64,000 nucleotides of DNA, taken from assembly GCA_012838805.1 (NCBI GenBank), contig DUON01000019.1, positions 60,560 to 124,559 of the forward strand, written 5' to 3'. Positions 17,152 through 27,164 of the stretch are shown here, piece after piece (within the stretch, counting starts at the first letter, position 1; each line of letters opens with the position of its first letter). Source of the stretch: Clostridiales bacterium. GTDB taxonomy: Bacteria; Bacillota; Clostridia; Christensenellales; DTU072. Position numbers and translations under genes: made by a program. The notes under the pieces were generated by a model. It searched no databases. It was not told where the DNA came from and worked only from the letters and a program-made list of their open reading frames with translations.

Positions 17152-19116
17152 ATGCAGAGAATGAAAGAGCTTGTGGACAAGCTCAACAGATACGCAAAAG
17201 AATATTATGAACTTGACAACCCCACAATCAGCGACAAGGAATATGACCAGCTGTATGACGAATTGGTTAAACTTGAAGAGTCCACGGGGATTATTCTGCC
17301 GAACTCCCCCACGCATAGAGTGGGAGGAAAGCCCTTGGATAGGTTCAAGCGTCATACCCATAGGCAAAGGCTTTATTCACTGGATAAGGCGAAAGACCAG
17401 CAAGGGCTCAAAAGCTATTTTCAAAGAGTAAAGAAGATACTTGGATTTGTGCCCGAAATGACCTTAGAGCATAAATTCGACGGGCTAACCCTTTCATTAA
17501 GCTATGAAAATGGAGAGCTGGTCACAGCGGCGACAAGAGGTGACGGTATTGTGGGAGAGGATGTCACCCCGCAGGTAAGAACAATAAGAAGTGTACCTTT
17601 GGTCATTCCCTATAAAGGCTTTATTGAAATACAGGGCGAGGCGATAATGCGGCTTTCAGTGTTTGAAGAGTATAACAAGACCGCAAAAGAACCGCTAAAA
17701 AACGCAAGAAACGCCGCAGCTGGTGCAATAAGGAACCTTGACCCAAAGGTGACGGCGGAAAGAAAACTTGACTTCATGGCATACAATGTGGGATATTCAG
17801 ACAAGGAATTTTTAAGCCAGCAAGATGTCAGAAAGTTTCTTATAGAAAACGGTTATCAAACTGACGACATGTTCAAAATAATCAACGACACCAAGACATT
17901 GTTTGAGATGCTAAACGCCCTTGAAGAAAACCGCCCTAACTTGGACTTTTTAATCGACGGTGCAGTTCTTAAAATAGATAAGTTTGAATATAGAAAAATT
18001 TTGGGCTTCACCGAAAAATTCCCGAGGTGGGCGATAGCTTATAAGTTCATGGCGGAGGAGACCACAACGATATTGAAAGATGTCATATGGCAGGTCTCCC
18101 GTACGGGGAAAATAAATCCGTTGGCTGTTTTGGAGCCTGTTGAGCTATTAGGCGCAACGGTAAAAAGGGCAACCTTAAACAACATTTTGGATATCCAAAG
18201 AAAGGATATTAAGATAAATTCAAGGGTCTTTATTCGCAGGAGCAACGATGTCATTCCCGAGATTATGGGCGTAAGCGAACACTATCCCCATAGCGTGGAT
18301 ATCCTTTCGCCCGCCAAGTGTCCGTCATGCCAAAGCGAGGTCAAACAGATAGGGGCGTTTTTGTATTGTGAAAACATAGACAGCTGCGCTCCGCGTATTA
18401 TTTCTGCAATCACTCACTTTGCCTCCAAACCTTGTATGGACATCGAGGGGTTGAGCGAAAAGACAGTGGAACAGCTTTATAACGAATTGAAAATCAATTC
18501 GATTGACAAACTATATGATTTGAAGAAAGAACAGCTTTTGACGCTGGAGGGTTTTAAGGACAAAAGAGCGGACAATCTCTTGACGAATATAGAAAAATCC
18601 AAAAACACCACGCTTGACAGGTTTATATTCGCGCTTGGCATAAACACCATAGGCAAAAAAGCCGCCTATCAGCTGGCAAAGAGGTTTAAGACTTTAGACG
18701 CCTTGATTAAGGCTACCAAGGAAGAAATAGTCGAGATAGACGACTTTGGGGACATTATGGCGGAAAATGTAGTGAACTTTTTCAGCGATGAGAAAAATGT
18801 TGATTTGATAAATTCGCTTTTGGGAAAAGGCGTGCGATTTGAGACAAAAGAAGAAGTTACGGACGGCGTATTTGCGGGAAGAGTGGTGGTGCTTACGGGC
18901 AGTCTAATGAATTATAAGAGAAGCCAAGCTGCAAAGATAATACAAAGCCAAGGCGGCAAGGTAAACGATTCGGTATCTAAAAGCGTAAATCTGGTCATTG
19001 CGGGGCAGGACGCCGGGAGCAAATTGAAAAAGGCGAAAAAGCTTGGCATAGAGATTCAAGACGAAGATTGGTTCATAAGACAAATTGAAAACATAAAAAC
19101 AGAAGATACTAAATAA
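17152..19116 (+). CDS. ligA: NAD-dependent DNA ligase LigA
   Basis: Adenylation motif EHKFDGLTL, four-Cys zinc finger (CPSCQS...CEN..C), HhH repeats and C-terminal BRCT. ATG 17152 follows SD AGAGGTG. The track start GTG 17146 is in frame. Confidence 0.93.
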   Translation: MQRMKELVDKLNRYAKEYYELDNPTISDKEYDQLYDELVKLEESTGIILPNSPTHRVGGKPLDRFKRHTHRQRLYSLDKAKDQQGLKSYFQRVKKILGFVPEMTLEHKFDGLTLSLSYENGELVTAATRGDGIVGEDVTPQVRTIRSVPLVIPYKGFIEIQGEAIMRLSVFEEYNKTAKEPLKNARNAAAGAIRNLDPKVTAERKLDFMAYNVGYSDKEFLSQQDVRKFLIENGYQTDDMFKIINDTKTLFEMLNALEENRPNLDFLIDGAVLKIDKFEYRKILGFTEKFPRWAIAYKFMAEETTTILKDVIWQVSRTGKINPLAVLEPVELLGATVKRATLNNILDIQRKDIKINSRVFIRRSNDVIPEIMGVSEHYPHSVDILSPAKCPSCQSEVKQIGAFLYCENIDSCAPRIISAITHFASKPCMDIEGLSEKTVEQLYNELKINSIDKLYDLKKEQLLTLEGFKDKRADNLLTNIEKSKNTTLDRFIFALGINTIGKKAAYQLAKRFKTLDALIKATKEEIVEIDDFGDIMAENVVNFFSDEKNVDLINSLLGKGVRFETKEEVTDGVFAGRVVVLTGSLMNYKRSQAAKIIQSQGGKVNDSVSKSVNLVIAGQDAGSKLKKAKKLGIEIQDEDWFIRQIENIKTEDTK

Positions 19117-19123
19117 ACAAGAG

Positions 19124-19630
19124 GTGAATATGTTTAAGCAAATTGACATTAAGAAAATGAAATTCAACCCATTTAAATTGATTGGCGATGAATGGATGCT
19201 AATAGCGGCTGGTGACGAAAAAGCACACAACATGATGACAGCGAGCTGGGGCGGACTGGGAGTGCTATGGAATAAAAAAGTGGTGACAGTCTATATAAGA
19301 CCCACCAGATATACCTTACACTTCGTGGACGCAAACGAGTATTTCTCCCTTTGCTTTTTAGGCGAAAATAAGGCTCCCCACGCTGTGTGCGGCTCAAAGA
19401 GCGGCAGAGACATTGACAAGGCGAAAGAAGCGGGTTTGACGCCTATTTTTGACAACAATACCGTATATTACAAAGAAGCAAGGCTGGTCTTTATCTGTAA
19501 AAAACTATATTTTTCCAATTTAGAAAACCAAAATTTCTTGGATAAGAAGATTGAGGATTTTTATAACAAAAACGATTATCACAAGATATTTATCGCTGAG
19601 ATAGTCAAGGTCCTTGAAAAAACCGACTGA
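19124..19630 (+). CDS. Flavin reductase-like (FMN-binding split barrel) domain protein
   Basis: 168 aa. NMMTASWGGLGVLWNKKVVTVYIRPTRYT is typical of the flavin reductase-like family. SD AGAGGTG upstream. Confidence 0.65.
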   Translation: MNMFKQIDIKKMKFNPFKLIGDEWMLIAAGDEKAHNMMTASWGGLGVLWNKKVVTVYIRPTRYTLHFVDANEYFSLCFLGENKAPHAVCGSKSGRDIDKAKEAGLTPIFDNNTVYYKEARLVFICKKLYFSNLENQNFLDKKIEDFYNKNDYHKIFIAEIVKVLEKTD

Positions 19631-19699
19631 GACAAGCAAAAATCGTCTTTTATTGTGAAGAATTTGGCTGATTATGGCGGGGTATAGGTTTAATATCGC

Positions 19700-19729
19700 T
19701 TGTCATCGTACCGCCCTTTATGATATAAT
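19700..19729 (+). promoter_or_regulatory. Sigma-A type promoter TTGTCA-N18-(TGa)TATAAT, 7 nt upstream of ATG 19737
   Basis: TTGTCA at 19700-19705 and extended -10 tgaTATAAT at 19721-19729. The 7 nt between it and the ATG contain no SD. Confidence 0.55.
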
Positions 19730-19736
19730 ATAATTT

Positions 19737-20717
19737 ATGAAAATAGGCAAACTCACCAACCCCGAACTCAAAGAATGCGTCTTAAATATCATAAAAAGGC
19801 GCCGACACGAAGTCAAAGTTCCGTCTTCGCTTGCTCAAGACTGTGCCTCTTTTGAAATAGACGATACTATACTCATATCTTCCGACCCTATAACTGGAGC
19901 AGAAAAGCAAGCGGGGGCGCTTGCGATAAAAGTAAACGCCAACGACATCTTAGCAGCGGGCGGAGAACCTGTTTTAGCGACTTTAACAGTACTTGCACCG
20001 CCAAATAAGAACTTAGAGGACATAAAAGAAGTCATGATGTCCGCCGAAAAGCAAGCCGAAAAATATAACCTTGAGATTGTGGGCGGACATACCGAATTCA
20101 CCCAAGCGGTCAATAAAATCGTGGTCAGCGCCACAATCATAGGACGAACAAAAAAACATATTACGGCTGACTCCGCTAAGGCAGGGGACAGCATTGTCAT
20201 AACCAAGAGCATTGGCATTGAGGGCACGGCGATTTTAGCTACTGATTTTGAAGAAAAACTTAAGGACTTCTTAAGCGAAAATGAGCTTGCATTAGCCAAA
20301 GATATGTCAAAACATATCAGCATTGAGAAAGAGGCTACTATCGCCAAAAAATTTCCTATAAATGCCATGCACGATATCACCGAGGGCGGAATATTCGGCG
20401 CAGTAGCCGAAATGGCGGAAGCGTCCAAAGTGGGGGCGGTCATTGATGTGAATAGCATAGAAATCAATCCTATCACCCAAAAAATCTGTTCGGTTCTTGG
20501 CGTGGATGTATACAGACTGATATCCAGCGGCAGTTTAATAATAAGCGCTCCAAACCCCGCTCCGTTGATAAATGAGCTTAGAAAAAATGGAATCCAAGCA
20601 AGCGTTGTGGGAAAATTCACAAAAGACGAACATATTATCGCTGACTTTGGAGATAGGAAAGAAAATCTTGAAACCACGAGCGATGAGCTGTTTGAGGCAA
20701 TAAAGAGGTGTAAATGA
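19737..20717 (+). CDS. AIR synthase-related (PurM-like/ThiL/HypE superfamily) protein
   Basis: 326 aa. DCASFEI...SSDPIT, NDILAAGGEP, VGGHTE, MHDITEGG, the PurM-like N- and C-domain signatures. Confidence 0.7.
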   Translation: MKIGKLTNPELKECVLNIIKRRRHEVKVPSSLAQDCASFEIDDTILISSDPITGAEKQAGALAIKVNANDILAAGGEPVLATLTVLAPPNKNLEDIKEVMMSAEKQAEKYNLEIVGGHTEFTQAVNKIVVSATIIGRTKKHITADSAKAGDSIVITKSIGIEGTAILATDFEEKLKDFLSENELALAKDMSKHISIEKEATIAKKFPINAMHDITEGGIFGAVAEMAEASKVGAVIDVNSIEINPITQKICSVLGVDVYRLISSGSLIISAPNPAPLINELRKNGIQASVVGKFTKDEHIIADFGDRKENLETTSDELFEAIKRCK

Positions 20718-21586
20718 AGAGCATGACGGGCTATGGAAAAGGCATAGCCGAAAAAAGCAACAGAAAGATGACCCTTGAGATTAAATCGGTAAATCATCGA
20801 TACTTGGATATATGCTTTAAACTTCCAAGAGGGCTTGTCTTTTTGGAAGACAGCTTAAGAAAAGAGATAAAGAAATGGCTGAATAGAGGACACATTGAAA
20901 TCTTTTGCTCTTATGAGGACAACAGAGAGGGCGCAAGCGCCATAAAGATTGACCCGATAGCGGCGAAGCAGTATCTTGAAATAAGCTATAAGCTTGAAGA
21001 AATGGGCTTTGTAAACGATATGAGCTCTTCGCAGGTTTTGAGAATGCCCGAAGTGCTTATAACCAAAGGAGCGGAGGATGATGAAAATATCATAGAAGAG
21101 CTTGCGGTTGAAGCAGCGGATAAAGCGCTTAAAGAATTGTGCCAAATGCGAGAGCGTGAGGGAAAACAGCTTAAGAATGACATTAAAATAAAACTTGACA
21201 ACATAGAGGTTGTGCTTAATAAAATAAGCCAAAGGGCTCCAATCGTGTCTCAAGAAAACCGTGAAAAATTAAGGGCAAGGATTGAGGACGCCTTAAACGG
21301 CATAGATTTTGACGAGATGCGATTTGCAAACGAAGTGGCTTATTATGCGGACAGGACAGCCATTGACGAGGAAATAATACGCCTAAAAAGCCATATAGCC
21401 CAAGGCAGAAGAATACTTGAAGAAAACCAAATGGCTGGCAGAAAACTGGACTTTTTGGTACAGGAGATGAATAGAGAAGTCAACACCATTGGTTCAAAGG
21501 CAAACGATTTGGAAATCACGAATATGATTTTGGAGCTTAAGGGCGAGATAGAAAAGATAAGAGAGCAAGTTCAGAACATAGAATAA
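20714..21586 (+). CDS. yicC: YicC/YloC family endoribonuclease (stress-induced protein)
   Basis: 290 aa. MKSMTGYGKG, SVNHRYLD and C-terminal EMNREVNTIGSKAN. Precedes gmk-rpoZ as in Bacillus. Confidence 0.9.
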   Translation: MKSMTGYGKGIAEKSNRKMTLEIKSVNHRYLDICFKLPRGLVFLEDSLRKEIKKWLNRGHIEIFCSYEDNREGASAIKIDPIAAKQYLEISYKLEEMGFVNDMSSSQVLRMPEVLITKGAEDDENIIEELAVEAADKALKELCQMREREGKQLKNDIKIKLDNIEVVLNKISQRAPIVSQENREKLRARIEDALNGIDFDEMRFANEVAYYADRTAIDEEIIRLKSHIAQGRRILEENQMAGRKLDFLVQEMNREVNTIGSKANDLEITNMILELKGEIEKIREQVQNIE

Positions 21587-21601
21587 GGAGAAATCAAACC
21601 T

Positions 21602-22225
21602 ATGAGAAAGGGCATACTTTTTGTAATTAGCGGTCCGTCGGGAGCGGGGAAAGGCACCGTTCTCAAAGAGGTTTTTAAGAAGGTGAAGGATTTGACCTAT
21701 TCGGTGAGCGCTACTACAAGGAAGCCCAGACATGAGGAGAAAGAGGGCATAAACTACTTTTTCAAGACTGACGAAGAATTTGACCAAATGATAAAAAATG
21801 GCGAAATGCTTGAATATGTCAATAAATACGGAAGCAGATACGGCACGATAAAAAGCTATATTGAAAAGGTTTTGAACGAGGGAAAAGACATTATTTTGGA
21901 AATTGAGACCATAGGAGCCCAAAAGGTCAAAAAGACCCGCCTTGAGCCCGTGAGCATATTCTTAACGCCATCAAAATTGGATATACTTACTGATAGGCTG
22001 AAGTACAGAAATACAGAAAGCCCGGATTGGCAGCAAAGAAGACTGCAAATTGGCATAGAAGAGATGATGAGCGCTTATGACTATGACTATCTTGTCATAA
22101 ACGACGATTTGGAGAATGCTGTTGACGAGGTGGTTGCCATAATAAAAGCTGAAAGATTAAAAGTGAAAAACAATAAAGACTTGATAGATAGAATAATAAA
22201 TAAAGGAGAAAAGAAGAATGATTGA
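21602..22225 (+). CDS. gmk: Guanylate kinase
   Basis: 207 aa. P-loop SGPSGAGKGT, TTRKPR..E..G..Y.F. Confidence 0.93.
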   Translation: MRKGILFVISGPSGAGKGTVLKEVFKKVKDLTYSVSATTRKPRHEEKEGINYFFKTDEEFDQMIKNGEMLEYVNKYGSRYGTIKSYIEKVLNEGKDIILEIETIGAQKVKKTRLEPVSIFLTPSKLDILTDRLKYRNTESPDWQQRRLQIGIEEMMSAYDYDYLVINDDLENAVDEVVAIIKAERLKVKNNKDLIDRIINKGEKKND

Positions 22226-22415
22226 TCCCCCGATTGACAAACTTATCAAAAAAGCACCTTGCAGATATGCTTTGGTGAGCGGTTTGGCAAAGAGAGCCAA
22301 GGAGCTTTTGGCGTTGGAGAGCGGAGAGCTTGAAAAGAGCGGACTCAAGGCCATAAGCCATGCCGCCAAAGAAATCTATGAGGGAAAGATTAAGGTCAAG
22401 GTCAATGAGTACTAA
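22218..22415 (+). CDS. rpoZ: DNA-directed RNA polymerase subunit omega
   Basis: 65 aa. PIDKLIKKAPCRYALVSGLAKRAKEL. Position between gmk and coaBC. Confidence 0.85.
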   Translation: MIDPPIDKLIKKAPCRYALVSGLAKRAKELLALESGELEKSGLKAISHAAKEIYEGKIKVKVNEY

Positions 22416-23577
22416 AGTAGTAGTATTAGGCATCACAGGCGGCATAGCCGCCTATAAGTGCTGCGACATAGTCTCAAGGCTAAGAAAGCTTGGCTATGCC
22501 GTCAAGGTCATTATGACCAAAAACGCCATGCAATTCATTACTCCATTGACATTGGAAACCCTTTCCGCCAATCAAGTTGTGACGGATATGTTCGCACCCA
22601 AAAAGAAGTACGATGTGGAACATGTCTCTCTTGCGCAGGAAGCAAGCTTATTTTTGGTGGCGCCGGCGACAGCGAACATTATTGCCAAATTTGCAAACGG
22701 TATAGCCGACGACATGCTATCCACGACATATCTTGCCAGTAAAGCTAAAAAAGTCATATGTCCGGCTATGAATACCGCGATGTACGATAACGAGATTTTT
22801 TTGGAGAACTTGAACAAACTGAAAAGCCAAGGTGCGGTTATCATAGAGCCCGAGATAGGGCGTTTGGCGTGCGGAGATGAGGGAAAGGGCAGAATGGCGG
22901 AACCCGAGACTATTGTCAAAGCCGTTGATGAGATTCTCACTCCCAATCCCGACTTTAGGGACAAGACCGTACTTATTACAGCGGGCGCAACAAAGGAATA
23001 TATCGACCCCGTACGATTTATCACCAACAATTCGTCGGGGAAAATGGGCGTAGAGCTTGCCAAAGCTGTGATTGACAGAGGGGGAAAGGTTGTCTTGGTG
23101 GCTGGCAGACTCAGCGTAACCCCTCCCAAGAACGCCGAAATAATAAATGTGGAAACGACATCGGATATGCATAAGGCGGTTATGCAAAACCTATCAAGAG
23201 CCGATGTGATAATAAAAGCCGCCGCTCCGTCTGATTATAAGGCGCAAAAGGCAGATAAAAAGCTTAAAAAAGAAAAGCTGGTCTTATCGCTTGAAAAAAC
23301 CGTAGATATCGCCAAAGAAATAGGGGCGGTCAAAGGCGACAGAAAACTTGTGGTTTTCGCCGCCGAAACAAACGATTTGATAGAAAACGCCAAGCAAAAA
23401 TTGAAGAATAAAAATGCGGACTTGATTGTCGCAAACGACATCACAATAGAGGGAGCTGGATTCCAAGCCGACACCAATATCGCCACCATAATACGAAAAG
23501 ACGGCGAACTTTTCAATTTACCAAAAATGACAAAAAGGGAATTGTCTGACATAATTTTAGACAATATTTTGAAATAA
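22405..23577 (+). CDS. coaBC: Bifunctional phosphopantothenoylcysteine decarboxylase / phosphopantothenate-cysteine ligase
   Basis: MSTKVVVLGITGGIAAYK flavoprotein N-terminus, PAMN, ITAGAT.E.IDPVRFITN.SSGKMG. The track start 22360 is an in-frame extension overlapping rpoZ. Confidence 0.92.
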   Translation: MSTKVVVLGITGGIAAYKCCDIVSRLRKLGYAVKVIMTKNAMQFITPLTLETLSANQVVTDMFAPKKKYDVEHVSLAQEASLFLVAPATANIIAKFANGIADDMLSTTYLASKAKKVICPAMNTAMYDNEIFLENLNKLKSQGAVIIEPEIGRLACGDEGKGRMAEPETIVKAVDEILTPNPDFRDKTVLITAGATKEYIDPVRFITNNSSGKMGVELAKAVIDRGGKVVLVAGRLSVTPPKNAEIINVETTSDMHKAVMQNLSRADVIIKAAAPSDYKAQKADKKLKKEKLVLSLEKTVDIAKEIGAVKGDRKLVVFAAETNDLIENAKQKLKNKNADLIVANDITIEGAGFQADTNIATIIRKDGELFNLPKMTKRELSDIILDNILK

Positions 23578-25748
23578 TGGTCTATGAGGTCATAATAGAC
23601 ATAAGCAGCAGTCAAACTGACAAGATCTATGATTATTCCGCAGATTTTGAGATTCCATGCGGCAGCCGAGTATTAGTGCCTTTTGGGAAAAGGAAAATTC
23701 AAGGTTTTGTTATCGGCAAAAAAGAAGAATCATCTTATCAAACAAAGAATGTAATCAAAATTATGGACGATAAGCCGTTGATATCAATGGAAATGTTGAG
23801 CCTTGCCAAATTCCTTAGCAAAGAGCGTAACTTAAGGCTTATAGATATCTTAAGGCTGTGTATTCCTTCAAAAATTAGAGGCGGAAAAATCGGGGAGCTA
23901 AAAAAGGCTTTTATTACGCTTAAGGATGAAAAATTAATTGAAAAGATCCCCAAAAGAGCTACGGCGCAAAGAGCTATCGCCGAGCTGTTAAAAGAAAAAG
24001 GCGAATATGAAAGCGTTTTGAACAAAATGTTTTCGCCCCAATCGGTCAAGAGTCTTATTGAAAAAGGCATTGCTGAAAGGGAATATATCCGCCAATTAAG
24101 AACGCCTTATAAGAATATAGAGGGCAAAAAAACCTCTTTAACCTTAAACACCGCCCAAAAAAACGCAATAGAAAAAATTATGGAAAGCGAGGGCGAATAT
24201 CTTATTCACGGGGTGACGGGAAGCGGCAAGACTGAAATATATATGAGAGTGATAGAAGAGGATCTGAAAAGGGGCAGAACGGCGATAATGCTTGTGCCCG
24301 AAATCTCTTTGACACCTCAAATGCTCAGCCTTTTTAGAGCCAGATTCGGCGATATGGTGGGATTGCTTCATAGCGGGCTTAGTGACGGAGAAAGATTCGA
24401 CGAATGGCAAAGACTTTTTTATGGGGAAGCTAAAGTGGTTTTGGGTGCAAGGTCGGCAATTTTCGCTCCCCTCACAAACTTAGGGGTCATAATAATTGAC
24501 GAGGAGCACGATACAAGTTACATAAGCGAATCCAACCCCAGATATTTTACGCATGAAATAGCCCGTTTTAGGCGTCAATACAACAACGCACGCCTGATTT
24601 TCGGCTCTGCCACCCCTTCTTTAGAAACTTATAAAAGGGCAAAAGAGGGAGAATACAAGTTAATCACCTTAAAGGACAGAGTAAACCAAAGAAGCCTGCC
24701 CGAAATGCAGATTGTGGACATGAGAAAAGAGATTCGCCAAGGCAATATGTCCATATTCTCAAACGCCTTGCTCAAAGAGCTTAATGAGACAATCTCACAA
24801 GGCAATCAGGCGATGCTCTTTATCAATCGGCGAGGTTTTGCCTCTTTTATAAGATGCCGTAAGTGCGGATATATCCCAAAATGCACAGACTGCGAAGTCA
24901 GCTTGACTTTCCATAAGGACGACAACAGACTAAAGTGCCACTATTGCGGAAAGCAGTTTTATAATATAGACGAATGCCCGAAATGCGGCTTTAAGCACCT
25001 TAAAGAGGGCAGAATAGGCACCCAAAAGGTCGTTGAAGAGCTTCAAAAGCTTTTTCCAGACATCCAAATCGCCAGAATGGATAACGACACAGTGAAAGGT
25101 AAAAATTCGCATATGGATATCCTTAGGTCCTTTGCTCAAGGCAAAGCCCAAGTTCTTGTGGGCACGCAAATGATAGTAAAAGGTCATGACTTCAAGGATG
25201 TGACGCTTGTGGGCATACTTGATGCGGACTTGTCTTTATATTTTCCCGATTATAGAAGCAACGAAAAGACCTTTCAGCTTATCACCCAAGTGGCGGGAAG
25301 AGCGGGCAGGGAGAAAAAACAGGGCAGAGTCATTATGCAGACCTACAATCCACATCACTATGTTTTTAGGTTTGCAAAAATCTATGACTACTATGGATTT
25401 TATGACAAGGAATCCAACGTGCGGGAGCTGACCAATTTCCCGCCTTATTCGGTGATTATAAGGATACTAATTACAAGCGAAGATAAACAAAAGGCTTTGA
25501 CGGCGACAAGACAAGGGTACGATAAAATAAGGCATTTGAAAAGCCAAAATAATGATATAATAATAAGGGCGCAGGCTATGAAAGCGCCAATAAAAAGGAT
25601 GATGAACAAATACAGGTTTCAGATAGTGGTCTGGATAGATTTGCAGAAAGAAAACGAGGTATTGTCTAAAATATATAGCGAAATAAGAAAAATAGAAAAT
25701 AGAAATGTCAGCTGTTTTATTGAAATAAATCCTACACAAATGATGTGA
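23577..25748 (+). CDS. priA: Primosomal protein N' (replication restart helicase PriA)
   Basis: 723 aa. GVTGSGKTE, DEEHD, Cys-rich zinc-binding insert (CRKCGY..C..C...CHYCG...CP.CG). Confidence 0.93.
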   Translation: MVYEVIIDISSSQTDKIYDYSADFEIPCGSRVLVPFGKRKIQGFVIGKKEESSYQTKNVIKIMDDKPLISMEMLSLAKFLSKERNLRLIDILRLCIPSKIRGGKIGELKKAFITLKDEKLIEKIPKRATAQRAIAELLKEKGEYESVLNKMFSPQSVKSLIEKGIAEREYIRQLRTPYKNIEGKKTSLTLNTAQKNAIEKIMESEGEYLIHGVTGSGKTEIYMRVIEEDLKRGRTAIMLVPEISLTPQMLSLFRARFGDMVGLLHSGLSDGERFDEWQRLFYGEAKVVLGARSAIFAPLTNLGVIIIDEEHDTSYISESNPRYFTHEIARFRRQYNNARLIFGSATPSLETYKRAKEGEYKLITLKDRVNQRSLPEMQIVDMRKEIRQGNMSIFSNALLKELNETISQGNQAMLFINRRGFASFIRCRKCGYIPKCTDCEVSLTFHKDDNRLKCHYCGKQFYNIDECPKCGFKHLKEGRIGTQKVVEELQKLFPDIQIARMDNDTVKGKNSHMDILRSFAQGKAQVLVGTQMIVKGHDFKDVTLVGILDADLSLYFPDYRSNEKTFQLITQVAGRAGREKKQGRVIMQTYNPHHYVFRFAKIYDYYGFYDKESNVRELTNFPPYSVIIRILITSEDKQKALTATRQGYDKIRHLKSQNNDIIIRAQAMKAPIKRMMNKYRFQIVVWIDLQKENEVLSKIYSEIRKIENRNVSCFIEINPTQMM

Positions 25749-25773
25749 CGAAGAACAAAAAGAGGTGAGAATA

Positions 25774-26235
25774 ATGGCGTTGAGAAAAATTTTCAAAGAT
25801 GATGACGAAGTGCTTTTCAAAAAGTCTAAGCCCGTAGAGAAATTCGATAAAAGGCTTACGGATTTGTTAGAGGACTTAAGAGACACTATGAAAGATGCGG
25901 ACGGGGTGGGACTTGCCGCCCCACAAGTGGGGCTTTTGAGAAGAGTCGCCGTCATTGAAGTGGACGATATTTATTTGGAAATGGTAAATCCTCAAATCAT
26001 ATCTTCGGAGGGGGAACAGATAGATGTAGAGGGCTGTTTAAGCGTTGACCCGTCCAAGAATTGCAAAGTGAAAAGACCGAAAAAGATAATGCTTGAAGCT
26101 TTTGACAGAGAGGGCAAGAAATATAAGAAAGAGCTTGAGGATATGGCGGCAAGGGCTGTTTGTCATGAGCTTGACCACCTTGACGGCATACTATTTTATC
26201 AAAAAAAATATAAGGAAAATAAAAAAGAAGCATGA
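25774..26235 (+). CDS. def: Peptide deformylase
   Basis: GVGLAAPQVG, EGCLS, HELDHLDG. ATG 25774 follows SD AAGAGGTGA. The track start GTG 25765 is in frame. Confidence 0.93.
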   Translation: MALRKIFKDDDEVLFKKSKPVEKFDKRLTDLLEDLRDTMKDADGVGLAAPQVGLLRRVAVIEVDDIYLEMVNPQIISSEGEQIDVEGCLSVDPSKNCKVKRPKKIMLEAFDREGKKYKKELEDMAARAVCHELDHLDGILFYQKKYKENKKEA

Positions 26236-27164
26236 GAATTATTTTTTTGGGAACGCCGCAATTTGCTGTGAAGCCGCTGGAGAGCATCTATCAAAGCCGC
26301 CATGAAGCGGTGGCGGTGGTGACCCAGCCGGATAGGGCAAAAGGACGGGGCAAAAAGGTTCAACCAAGTCCAATAAAGCTTTTTGCGCAAGAGCGTGGAC
26401 TTGAGGTCTTGCAGTTTGAAAGGATAAAAGAGCCTGCGGCTATAGATAAACTAAGGTCTTATCAAGCAGACATTATGGTGAGCTGCGCTTACGGACAGAT
26501 TTTTTCACAAGAGATTTTGGAGCTTACGCCCCATGGGATAATCAACATCCATGCTTCGCTTTTGCCCAAATATAGAGGTTCTTCTCCCGTGCAATGGGCG
26601 TTAATCAACGGTGAAACCCAAGTGGGTATAACCACAATGAAGACGGTTATGGAAGTGGACAAGGGAGATATGATTTTGCAAAAGGCGATTGAGCTTGAGG
26701 GTTGGGAGGACTCTCAAGATACTCTTGACAAATTGAGCCCAATCGGCGCTGAGCTTATCGTAAAGACACTTGACCTTATTGAAAATGGCACTGCAAAGTT
26801 TATAAAACAAGACGAAAATAAGGCAACATACTGCAAGATGTTAAGAAAAGAGGACGGCAAAATCGACTTTAATAAGAGCGCCAAGGAACTTGTCAATTTT
26901 ATCAGAGGCATGAATCCTTGGCCGTCGTCTTATATAAACACCCAATATGGTATACTTAAAATCTTACAAGCCGAAGTCACAGATTTTGAAGACCAAAACT
27001 ATCTTCATGGCGAAGTGGTCGTATCCAGCGACAAAAAAGGGCTTATCATTAAATGTGGCGAAGGCTTTTTGAATATCAAAAGAGTGCAAGGTCAAGGCGG
27101 CAAAGAAATGGACATAAAGGATTATTTAAGAGGGAAGAAAATAGAAAAGGGAATAGTTCTATGA
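26232..27164 (+). CDS. fmt: Methionyl-tRNA formyltransferase
   Basis: 310 aa. MRIIFLGTP.FA, NIHASLLPKYRGSSP. def-fmt synteny. Confidence 0.93.
   Translation: MRIIFLGTPQFAVKPLESIYQSRHEAVAVVTQPDRAKGRGKKVQPSPIKLFAQERGLEVLQFERIKEPAAIDKLRSYQADIMVSCAYGQIFSQEILELTPHGIINIHASLLPKYRGSSPVQWALINGETQVGITTMKTVMEVDKGDMILQKAIELEGWEDSQDTLDKLSPIGAELIVKTLDLIENGTAKFIKQDENKATYCKMLRKEDGKIDFNKSAKELVNFIRGMNPWPSSYINTQYGILKILQAEVTDFEDQNYLHGEVVVSSDKKGLIIKCGEGFLNIKRVQGQGGKEMDIKDYLRGKKIEKGIVL

Noticed and set aside
19631-19736. Possible TPP or other riboswitch ahead of the ThiL/PurM-like gene.
   Set aside because: No conserved TPP core (CUGAGA ... ACCUGA) and no other riboswitch signature that I recognise. The region is better explained by a promoter ending 7 nt before the ATG.
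19835-20797. 320-codon minus-strand ORF antisense to the AIR-synthase-like gene. Similar long antisense ORFs occur at 46316-47023 (dnaJ), 51960-52601 (yloV), 4854-5468 (lspA), 12089-12691 and 13247-13753 (ppdK), 22572-23129 (coaBC), 44483-45043 (dnaK) and 37559-38119 (pta).
   Set aside because: Each lies entirely inside a strongly supported sense gene with clear family motifs. Their translations are low-complexity Ser/Leu/Phe-rich shadow products with no motifs and no RBS. This is typical of stop-free antisense frames in codon-biased genes.
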